From Dendrobates tinctorius (lineage: Eukaryota), in contig NW_027361709.1 in the NCBI RefSeq assembly GCF_039654945.1, positions 6,696,001-6,760,000 on the forward strand: a DNA stretch of 64,000 nucleotides, read 5' to 3'. The notes beneath the pieces are model-generated. The model was given only the letters and a program-made list of their open reading frames with translations. It was not told the origin of the DNA and did not search any database. Within the stretch, counting starts at the first letter, position 1, and each line of letters starts with the position of its first letter. The position numbers and the translations under genes are program-made. This document shows, piece by piece, positions 28,101 through 40,100 of the stretch.

Positions 28101-31100
28101 GCTCTGCAGCGCTGAGTGGCTCGTGCTTAGTGATTGGCTGCAGTGCTGTCGACATGACGTCAGTGCTGCAGACAATACCAGAGACCGGGAGAAGCGGTGC
28201 AGACTCAGCATTGGACCTGAGGAGGGGAAATAAAGCACAAGTTGTATTGTTTTCTGATTTTTTTAAGATAAGCTGCAGCCGCTGGGGGATGGAGATTTTC
28301 CAAAATTGGAGAAACCCCATTAATTCTTGTATTTTACACCGATGCTTTGTTTCAGAAAATGGATTTATTTTAATAATAGGTAAGCGAGGTAGGAATTGAG
28401 GATCTATTTAGATTAAAAAAAAAAAAAAAAATGTAGTCCAATCTTAAGAGACAGATATCTGGCGAAGTATAGATTAGCCGGGTCTGAGTTTTCTTTCCCG
28501 GAAGCTGAGAGGATGGAGGGAACTTTTTGTTACTTTTGGTGTCTAGTTAGGGTTTGTGGCTGACAAGACGTGTCCCCCTTGGGTCTAGGCGCCTGAAGGG
28601 GCCCTAACAAGTCACTTTCCATAGGCCTGGGTATACATATACAACACAAGAGGAGTGAACTTAATCACTGAGCCAAGTTTAGGAAACTGTAGATACTCTG
28701 ATCAAAAGAAGTCCAAGTCGGTCCCACTCTTTTCATTCTGGCCCAAAACCTCAGGCTAAAATCCCCTAAAAATGCATGGGACCCAATTCAAAAGTTCCTT
28801 ATACTGTTTTTCTCACGCCGTGACCCAACCCAAAAAGTGAAGTTGCCTCCTCGAAGCTTTGAGATGTCCGAGAAAGTTTGCTTACTAGCTCTGTGAGGTC
28901 GGTAGAGGCGGCCATACTGATTTACGCATGCCATCATACATCCACTACTTCAAAAACCATCCCTCGACCAAAACTGTGCCGCTAACTATAGACCTGTCTC
29001 TAATCTTCCCTTCATCTCTAAACTCCTGGAACGTCTGGTCCACTCCTGTCTGATCCGCTGTCTCTCTGATAAACTCTCTTCTCGACCCTCTCCAATCCGG
29101 CTTCCGCTCCTTACACTCTACTGAAACTGCCCTCACTAAAGTCTCTAATGATCTACTAACAGCTAAATTAAATGGTCATTACTCCATGCTAATTCTCTTG
29201 GATCTCTCTGCAGCATTCGACACTGTGGATCATCAGCTCCTCCTCACTATGCTCTGCTCCATTGGCCTCAAGGACACAGTTCTCCCCTGGTTCTCCTCCT
29301 ATCTCTCTGACCGCTCCTTTACTGTATCTTTTGCCGGTTCCTCCTCCTCTCACCTTCCCCTTACTGTTGGGGTTCCTTAAGGATCGGTTCTAGGCCCCCT
29401 CCTCTTCTCCTTGTACACTGCCCCTATTGGTCAAACAATCAGTAGATTTGGTTTCCAGTACCATCTCTATGCTGATGACACCCAATTATACGCTTCTTCT
29501 CCTGACATCACGCCAGCCTTTTTAGAAAACACCGGCGATTGTCTAAACGTTGTCTAACATCATGTCATCACTATATCTGAAACTGAACCTGTCAAAGACT
29601 GAACTCCTGGTGTTTCCTCCCTCTACTAATGTACCTATACCCGACATTGCCATTTCTGTGTGTGGTTCCACTACTACTCCCCAGCAACATGCCCGCTGTC
29701 TTGGGGTCATACTTGACTCCGAGCTTTCCTTTGCCCCCCAAATCAGATCATTGGCTCGCTCTTGTCATCTGCACCTCAAAAACATTTCTAGAATTCGACC
29801 TTTTCTTACTTTTGACTCTGCAAAAACTCTTACTGTTTCTCTTATTCATTCTCGTCTGGACTATTGTAACTCTCTTCTAATCGGTCTCCCTCTTACCAAA
29901 CTCTCCCCTCTCCAATCTGTCTTGAATGCTGCAGCCAGGATCATATTCCTTGCCAATCGTTACACCGATGCCTCTACCTTGTGCCAGTCATTACACTGGC
30001 TACCCATCCACTCCAGAATTCAGTATAAACTTATTACCCTCACCCACAAAGCCCTCCATGGCTCAGCACCACCCTACATCTCCTCCCTCGTCTCAGTATA
30101 CCACCCTACCCTCGCCCTCCGTTCTGCTGATGACCTGAGGTTAGCATCCTCAATAATCAGAACCTCCCACTCCCGTCTCCAAGACTTTACACGTGCTGTG
30201 CCAATTCTTTGGAATGCAATTCCCAGGTCAATACGATTAGTCCCCAATCCCCACAATTTTAAGCGTGCCCTGAAAATGCATTTATTCAGACTGGCCTATC
30301 ACCTCAACATATTAACCTAATCTATCCCTGTGTGGCACAGCCAAAAGTTTTACCATAACCAGGTTCCCCGCATCATGTTCCCACATGCTTTATGCATCCA
30401 TTAGCCCTCTGTGTCTGTACTGTTACACACTTAACATTATGCCTGGTCCATACAATCAGGGCAACTGTTACCACCCACCTTTCGTGTCTACCTCTTTCCT
30501 CATAGACTGTAAGCTTGCGAGCAGGGCCCTCACTCCTCTTGGTATCTGTTATGATCTATGTGATTATTGTTATGCTGTAATGTCTATCGTCTGTACAAAT
30601 CCCCTCCGAAATGTAAAGTGCTGCGGAATAGGTCAGCGCTATAGAAATAAAATGTATTATTATTGAGGACAACTCTAAAACATTTATATCTTTTTTTTAA
30701 TCTTCCCTTGAGACCCTTAATTGTGATGTTTTTCCTGGTTTCCGCCCCAGCAAATGACATTGTGATTGATCTCCAGATCCTAAAACCTAAATGGGTGCCA
30801 GCGAGCCGCAGAGGATTGTTTTAAAAAGGAAAACATTTAATGAGTCCGGTGTCCCATCATGGGTTGTTTGAGCGCCCCCAGGGCTAAATCAACAGCTCTG
30901 ACTTATCCTTCCCTCCCTTTGCTCCCAGGTCAATAAATGATTGTTTTGTTTTGTGTCTTAAGAACAGTGAGGAGGAAACACGGAATGGTTAATGATCACA
31001 AATCGGAGAAAAGGGGGGATTGGTGGACAAATGGCTTCCCGCAGAGATCCAATCATGAGTACAATAATGGGCCGAGATAATGCCGGGTGAGTTCAAACAT

Positions 31101-34100
31101 TCAGCCTCCTTGTCGGCCCCTATTACGACACCTGCTGGTTTAAGCTGCCCCCCTAACAAGACCAAACAATCAGGCCCATTGGCAAACGCAAACTGTGGGA
31201 TTGTCTTGTCCAAGTGTGCTGGATCGTAATGAGAAAGGATTAGTAGGAAAAAGTGTCCTCCGGCCCTATAAAAAACCCAAGCTTGGGGCTAAGGGGAGAC
31301 TCACTCGCCTGTGCAGGGATGAAGATGATGAGTGCAGGGAAGGGCAGATGCCCTGGATGCCAATACCCAAAGTGGCACCTGATCGTCTTGCTCTGTTTTT
31401 GGACCGGGGGTTCTCGGGCAATGTACGTGGACTTCGTGAGCAGCTCGTCCCGGTGCATGACCATCCCCAAGCATATGCCCCTATGCTATGGCATTGGATA
31501 TACTGAGATGAGGATTCCCAACCTGCTGGAGCACGAGACCATGGCGGAGGTGATCCAGCAATCTTCCAGTTGGCTGCCGCTCCTTGCACGTGAATGCCAT
31601 CCGGATGCCAGAATCTTCTTGTGCTCACTAATGGCACCGATATGTCTGGATGGGTAATGTACCCCCCAAAATATTCACTTCCATTCTATATGTATTATCA
31701 GGGCATAAATGGGGGGGGGGAGCGCTAACGACGAGCAATTCTATTACCCTGGAGAGCAAGTAATGCCAAACCGTGCCATTTGTGCCCATAGGCTCCCTAT
31801 GCGGGATATGATATTACACGGGTGCCTCTGGGGACACGATGCCCAATGGGGGCTACAAGGACACTATTCTGGCCTCTCTAAGCTGCATTGGAGCCTCAGG
31901 ATACATCCGACATACAGTGTGTGCCACGAGCTTTGCAAAGTGCCGCGTGGAATCCCCTGTGGACCGTCGCCCATTGCTTGCATAGAACACCTGAAAGTGT
32001 AGGGTTTTTCACCAAGCTGAGCCCAGGTTGCAGTAAGTCAGTGAGTAGAGCGTCCCGAAGGGCGGGAGCGTCCCTGTGCCTAATGGCAGTGACATTTAGA
32101 CATTAGGAGGCCATTAGGGCGCTGGCGATACCCTCTGGGGGGAAGCGATTATGTTCCGTGCTGCACATGTGGACTTACTACTCTTACTTGCGTCATTGGC
32201 AATGTAATTAGGAGCCGTGTTTTCCCATTAGTGGTTTTGGCATTGTGGGATGTCTCCTTGAATTATGGCTGACGGAGCCGTACGTGCGTCACTCCGGGTC
32301 TCTGGGCAGAGCTGAGTCTCCTGTTCTTTGTTTCAGTGAATCATACAAGTTGACAACACAATTAGGGCCACCTACCGCCAGAGCCCAGCGCCGCGGATTA
32401 GGGATTATGGCAGCTAATAATGGGCGCCCTGCACCCTGCCAATGGTATATTAGCTACATCTGTGTCAGCTGGCTGACAACCAAGATGACCGCAGCTACCA
32501 GAAGGGTTGTCACATGCCCATTTAGAGAGTTGGGTGATGACTGTGATGCGGCCAAACTGCTCATCCTCCAGCTTTCCCTGGAACAGAACATGTCAGACGA
32601 TGACGACTCAGGGTCTTACACCGATTATACGGGGAAATGTTCTTGAAATGATTTCTAGAATTAATAATGACATCCTCATGTCTGCAGTGACAGGATTATA
32701 AAGCCGTGCCGGAGCCTGTGCGAGGCGGTGAGGAACAGCTGTGCCCCCATAATGGCGTGTTATGGGTATCCGTGGCCAGAAATACTGAAGTGTGAACAGT
32801 TTACTATCGATCATGGGATGTGCATCTCCACTATTAACAACAACACAAGAACTGCCGGAAGTAGTAAGTGACGTCCAACGTAATATATCCTGTATTGTAC
32901 CTCAGAGCTGCACTCACTATTCTGCTGGTGCAGTCACTGTGTACATACATTACTGATCCTGAGTTACATCCTGTATTATACCCCAGAGCTGCACTCACTA
33001 TTCTGCTGGTGCAGTCACTGTGTACATTCATAACATTACCGATCCTGAGTTACATCCTTTATTATCCTCCAGAGCTGCACTCACTATTCTGCTGGTGCAG
33101 TCACTGTGTGCATTCATAACATTACTGATCCTGAGTTACATCCTGTATTATACCCCAGAGCTGCACTCACTATTCTGCTGGTGCAGTCACTGTGTACATA
33201 CATTACATTACTAATCATGAGTTACAGCCTGTATTATGCTCCAGAGCTGCGCTCAATTCTGCTGGTGCAGTCACTGTGTACATACATTACTGATCCTGTA
33301 CTGATCCCGAGTTACATCCTGTATTATACCCCAGAGCTGCACTCGCTATTCTGCTGGTGCAGTCACTGTGCACATACATTACATTACTGATCCTGAGTTA
33401 CATCCTGTATTATACCCCAGAGCTGCACTCGCTATTCTGCTGGTGCAGTCACTGTGTACATACATACATTACTGATCCTGAGTTACATCCTGTATTATAC
33501 GCCAGAGCTGCACTCACTATTCTGCTGGTGCAGTCACTGTGTACATACATTACATTACTGATCCTGAGTTACATCCTGTATTATACCCCAGAGCTGCACT
33601 CACTATTCTGCTGGAGCAGTCACTGTGCACATACATTACATTACTTAAGAACTAAGAAGCTTCCAAAAATCCAAGTGTTAATAGTTTGCATCAATTATCA
33701 AAATGCATAGAGAATGAAGAGAAATTTAAATCCCATCAGTATCTAGTGACCGCCCATCGCCTCAATCATCAGTTTCTGGCATTTCAGACACAGACATTCT
33801 AAGTCAGGTTGTGCGAGTATCAAGAATAACTGATGAAGGCGCAGGGCGGTCACTGGATATAGAGGGACTGGGTATATTTGGGATTATATAGGACCCGGGA
33901 CACTAATGCACCTCTGCTCTCTTACAGCGGTGCCTCGTGCCAGCTGCAGGGACTGTGAACTCGACGAGGCCAGCTCTGCCAAGGAGATCCTGGATACTTT
34001 CTGTGCTAATGATTTCGGTAAGTGCTGACATGATGCACACCTCGAGTGCTGCCGCCACTTAGCAAGGCTTGTACTCGTGCCAACGTCATCTGTGCCCATT

Positions 34101-37100
34101 GTTAATGGGGCAGGTAACAGCAGGGGGGAGACGGATGCCAACTGTACAATGTGCATCTACGCTGCCGACACTTAGATAAATTAGTTTGGATCTTGTCCCT
34201 TTGTTGTCACCGCTGCCCTTTCGAACACAGATGACAGCGCCCGGCATAAAGTGCCCTTCCGTCTCATCATTAGTTAATGGGCAAAGTGGAGGGGGCTTAC
34301 TCGAGACCCTCTTATCTCTACTGCCCACCCTGGGGGATCTGATACATTATATTAATTAATTTCAATGGCCAGCTTGCAATATATAATTCATCCTGTGGTG
34401 GCGCTGCAGGGAATTCAAACACTTGCTGATCTCCACCGATCACCATCACATCCCCTATAAAGATAATGAAAGACTTTAAAGGAGTTGGATAAAACATGTC
34501 TGCCTTCTTCCAAAGCAGCGCCACTCCTGTCTATTGATTGAGAGTGGTACTGCGGTTCTGCACCATTTCTGAATGAAGCCGTGTTTTTTTTTTTTTTTTT
34601 TTGTAGAGCTGTTCTGGGAAGAATGCAGCCATGTTTTTTTTCTAGTAATAGACAACCCCTTTAAGGGAGGGGAAAAATTAGGGTCAATGGCGAATAAAAG
34701 CCTCAATCCTTTGCTCCGGCTCAGGCCGTGCTGGTGGTCACCACTGGAGCGGGAAGTGATGACATGCACCAACCAGTCACCTGACCACTGCAGCCAATCA
34801 TTGGCTTCAGCAGTCACACTCGGTGCAGGCAGAGAACACTTCAACTATGGAGCGATGAGGGATTCTTATTTTCCTTTGATCCCAAATTTTTGGAATTTGG
34901 AAAATCCCATTAGGAAAGGCAGGAATTGCAAAACTGAAGGGGGAGAAGCAGCTGTCAGCTTCTCCCAGCCAATCAGACCCCCAGTATCTAGGCCGCCGTC
35001 CAGTGCCCATGCATCATCCCACCGGCTCGTGCCGTCTGGGACACTGTCTATATTTATTATATGTATTTCACCTACAATTCGTGGAGAGCAAATTAAAAAA
35101 TCTACCTCTCCATAGGTCACGATTCAGAAAAACATGGCCGCTTTCCTCAAAAACAGCGCCACATCCTGTCCACAGGCTGTGAGTGGCATAGCAGCTCAGC
35201 CCCATTAACTGCAGCAGAGCCGAGCTGCAATCTGTGGCCAGGGATGGCGCCGTTTCTGGAAAGAAGCAGCAAGATTTTTCTAACTAGGGAGAATTTTACG
35301 CAGACAGGTGGCGCGATGATACATTGCTGCAGGTGAACGATCCTTCGCTGAATAGTCCAGACCCATAAATGGCAGCGGCGTCTCCAGAGCGGCGCTCGTA
35401 CGAGGAGTAGATGCTTTGGAAAGTCATGCTTTCTGTCTCAGAAGCCGGCTGCACATACAGGAGGAGAGCCCTGTGTATGGGGGGAGAGGTGACGGGAGCC
35501 CCCCTTGTAAAAGTAAATTACACACTGCTAACGCCGGCTCTGGGACCATATAAAGACACAAGACTCAGGCTGGTGGCGCGTCACGTCTCCATCCAGGGAA
35601 GCAGCACCGGATCCGGCGGGGTAGTAGCAGTATACAGTATATACCGTTTATTACAGAGTATATCTCCCTTAGAAGAAACCTTTTCATAGGGTTACCCAAA
35701 AACTAGTCAATCGGTATGGGGGGTACCTGTGGCTCTCTGGCTGCTGAAAAACTACAAGTCCCAACATGCTCCAACATCTGCTGGGTAATATACTTTTAAT
35801 AGAGTGAGCTGGGAGTTTTAGTGTTGTAGCAGCCGGTGAACTACAGGTTGGTTCATGAACAGGCTATTGCAGTTTTGTACAGCTCCATACGGGTGGAGGG
35901 AGCGTCGGCAGTGGCGCGCAGCCCCGTACGGGTGGAGGGAGCGTCGGCAGTGGCGCGCAGCCCCGTACGGGTGGAGGGAGCGTCGGCAGTGGCGCGCAGC
36001 CCCGTACGGGTGGAGGGAGCGTCGGCAGTGGCGCGCAGCCCCGTACGGGTGGAGGGAGCGTTGGGAGTGGCGCGCAGCCCCGTACGGGTGGAGGGAGCGT
36101 CGGGAGTGGCGCGCAGCCCCGTACGGGTGGAGGGAGCGTCGGGAGTGGTGCGCAGTTCCATCTCTCATTCTTTCTTTATGCAGCTGCCAAACTTCGCATC
36201 ACAAGGAGGAACACGACCTCCAGCTCCATCTCTGACTTTGATGTGGACTCCAGGGTGGATGTCATAAAGCACGGCTCTCTATCCAGAGGGGACGTCCTCC
36301 CCAGACTCCAGCAGTGGCTGGATCTGGACGCTACGTGTGTGCAGAACATAATGCGGGGGACCAGGACGGGCACTTATGTCGTCAGCGGGGATGTGCAAAA
36401 AGACAAGATCGTGGTGCACAATGCCTATGCCTGGCAGAAGAGGAACAAGAACCTGCACTTCGCAGCCAAGAAATGGAAGCATCACAAATGCAGATCGTAG
36501 GACTTGCCGGGGCGGCATATGAAAAGTTCCCCGTAATAATCAGCAAATCACCAGTAAATGTAAGCCCTTGTGTTATCTCTGCTGTATCGTAGTCTGATCC
36601 TGGCAAAGCTGGGTGACATCACATATGGCCGCCATTACACCCCCCAGCTTATCTGAACCCAGACTAGGCAGACCTGCTCTCCTGGAGAGCAGAGAAGGTG
36701 GGTGCAGTAATGAAGGTCATAGAGGTGGTCACACAGCTTTCCTGGGACCAAATAAGTAATTGTTATTCACTGGTGAAAGATGCCTTTAAAAGGAAGAGAC
36801 TTATTAAAGGGGTTGTCCAACTTAAAACATAAATAAAATTCAGAAGCAACGTGACAAAAGAAGGCAGATTCAACCACACTAACCCCCAAGGCTGGAGCAC
36901 GGGCAGCTACGGGGGTCTACGGCAGAACAGGAATCAATGACATCCTATTATTTGGTCACCTGACTGCAGAGCTTTGTGATTGTCTGCAGCAGTTAGGTGA
37001 CTGCAATGGGATCGCTGCAGCCAGTCATAAACCTCTGCAGTCAGGTGACCAAATGATAGGATGTCATCGATTCCTGTTCTGCTGTAGACCACCGGCGCGG

Positions 37101-40100
37101 GATGTGTGGGAGTCATGGACATTAGATTGGGTACGTCATGGGTTTTAGCCTTTTCTTGCTTCTGAAACAAGCCGTGGACAACCCCTTTAAAACATGATTG
37201 TTATGAGTGCAACAAATCTTTATGAATAGCCCTTTAATGCACCAAAAACGAGAGGAACTACCCGGCGTAATGGCGAGTAGCCCTCCTACCGGCAGAATGG
37301 CGTCCTCTTATAACGCTCATTTTGGAGAGAACGTGCTGATCCTGCGGCGGAGGACTGTATATAGCACTGTATATATGTGGGGTGGAAACCAATACACTTG
37401 AGGCTGTAAGAAACGTCTGGTGTGTGCGTCATTTATTGGGGGCCCCTACACAGAAACCGAATGCTTATTTGCAGGAGACCTGGGAGCATCGATCACTGGG
37501 ATAAAATGTGCAAATAGGAGGCAGCATGGGATCAGGGGGACTACAGCGCGGCCGGACCCCGTGACCCCTGTACAGACACAATTACATCTGCTGATTTGCT
37601 GCTCATTTCTACCCCCCACCGTTCCCAGCCTGCCCGAGGCATTAAGACGATTACATTCCCTTACGTCACAGCGGCACAGGGGGGGGGGGGGGGCGCTCAG
37701 CGCTTACCAAACAGCAGGGGCTTCAGGCTCAGCGTCTTCATGTCATACAGCTTGTTGTTGCCCAGTTCCATCTTCTGTTTGTAGCCGACCTGAAAGAGAG
37801 GAGCGATCAGTACGATCCTCCGGGTATCACACATATTAGCCAGAACACAACTCTCTAGGGCCAGGCACAGCCACAGACCTGTGCAATACGTCTCTTGTCC
37901 TGTGGTGGCGCTGCAGGAAAATGGAAGATTCATCATCATCGGATTGCAACAGCGTCACTCTGCGATCGGAGGGGATCTGATCACAAGAATGGGGATCCAG
38001 TGTCTATGCACAGACTATGCGCATGTGTCACCAAGGAAGAAAACAATGCACACGCACGACAGCTTCGTTCACACGAGGGACACAGGATCCCAGTTCTCGT
38101 TTTCAGTTGGGGGTCTCTATGGTCAGACCACCACCGATCATTCATTTATGACCTAGATACAAAGCATAATAGGGGACAGAAATAGGGCCACTTGGTGAAC
38201 ACAAAGAATGGGGGAGGGGAGACATGAATGTATGGGGGTCCTGACCGGAGGGGGCTGTCACATACTGGGGTCACTGGAGGTTAAGACACATTCCTTCAAG
38301 GGAACTAGAATCTGAACAGAAATCTAACATCCAAGTCTGACCCGAACAGAAAATCCCCTCCCCATCCCCGGTGATGGACTTATACCAGGATTATGCAGCA
38401 TGTGACAATTTACTGTGTATGCGGGACATTTAAAGAGCGCGTCTATTTTTTTTTTTCTTTGTTACTTATGGTAAATGTATGTATGGTTGGCTAGAAAATC
38501 GTTTTTTAATTGCGTTTTAATTAAAAAAATTGTGCAACATTTGCCTTCTATAGCTTCCATATTACATTGTCTTGTCTCTGGCTGCAGAATGAGCAAAGTG
38601 AGAATCTGTCAGCGAGCTCGTCCTCACGGTCCAACAAGAGAGTTTTTAATTCTTATCTGCATTTTCTGAGCTCCTCTCAGCTGATTTATGACCACATCAA
38701 AGTTGAATGTGCAGAGAAACCAAAAAAAAAGATCCCGGAAAAGCAAAACGGTTGTACCCAGAAGTGGACTACACGCCCCCCCACCTTAAAGTCAGACTTA
38801 TCTCTATCTACGACACTGCTAGAGAGGTTTACTAAGATTTTTTTTTTTGGAGCAGACACTGCTCCTAGGAAGGGACATACACTTTTTTTTCCAACCAAGC
38901 ACTTTTTCAAAACCTCTTAAAAAAAAAACAAAAAAAAAAAAAACACAACATCAACAAAACCCTCCTCATATGAAAAGCAAAGAGAATTTCCCATAGATGT
39001 TTTTCATGAGGAAGACGCTTCAGACATCACCAAGGTTTTTATTCCTAAAGGGTCCTTTTTCGGTGTCCTTTTAGTTGTTTTGATGACGTTTTTATCCACC
39101 AGGTTGTTGTTTTTTTTAAATTTTGATAAGGTATTTGGTGCGGATCAACTCCCTAAAAACCTCCAGTGTGAACACAGCCGATTACCTCCAGCATGATAAT
39201 CCTCTGTGAGCTGAAAGTGTTAATCCGATTTGATGAAGTGATGGCATAGCTCGATGATCGTGGAGGTCCGATGAGTGGGACCCCTCACCAACTGCAGGGG
39301 CAGCGGCGGAGGAAAATGAAGGGGCTGCAGAGCTAAACCTATGCTTTGGCCCATTAATTCTTGTGACCTGTGGTTATACCCCTTTAAATTATCTGTACCA
39401 CTAAGGGTATGTAATGTCCAAAAATTCCTCTGCATTGCTGGATGAACGCAGGAGCCGACCGCACATTTTCATGGCGGATTTCCATTTGTGTGGTAAAATC
39501 CACAATTAATCTTCAACACGATCCGTGAATTGGGTCACGCGTGGGTCTCATCCGTCGAGAGCACTGCTGTCATAGATGTGGGGCGCCATCATTTATACAA
39601 CTGGGGTTGTCTCATCATGAGGGGGCTCCAACTCAGGACCTCACCTTATGACCCAGAATGAGGATCCTCTCCATATAAGCGGCTCCCGTTCCAAAAACAA
39701 CCTGGTAGTCCATTCATCCTCTCCGCCGCCATGTAACACTACCTTTCCCCTGCAGAGGCGAGACTGCTTCATTTCACTGACAGCAATCAGAGATGGCGAC
39801 AATGCAGAGAACGGAACTCCAAGCAGGACAGGTAAATCTGCTGCGAATATCACTGGCATTGGGCACGGGAGGGGCTCGCTGGCCCACCGCACAGGAGTCC
39901 TCCAACCTACTATGGGGCCGCGGTGTTGCAGGACAATAGTCCAATGTTTTCGGATATAATCCAGACAAATTCAGGCCACCAGTCTTTTTTGGTCACAGGT
40001 GGGTCGGGGGTCTCTCCTGCAATGTTGGGAGGGCTGCAGGATCTGGTGCAACAGATAAGCGCTCGGCCCTGTATGTATGCGGCGTTCCCTGGAGCCTGCG

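Noticed and set aside
31709-32106. ORFs and a cccatAG acceptor in crescent intron 1 as a possible exon 2
   Set aside because: They do not continue the CRD. The true continuation ([10 protein letters not shown]) starts at ~32694.
32834-33710. Repetitive hydrophobic ORFs ([13 protein letters not shown]…)
   Set aside because: These are translations of the 86-bp tandem repeat.
35818-36267. Four overlapping repetitive ORFs (for example [13 protein letters not shown] repeats)
   Set aside because: A 39-bp stop-free minisatellite keeps these frames open. It lies in crescent intron 3, upstream of a good acceptor.
31319-36500. Assignment as sizzled or sfrp1/2/5
   Set aside because: The diagnostic stretches ([49 protein letters not shown]) match recalled Crescent and not Sizzled.
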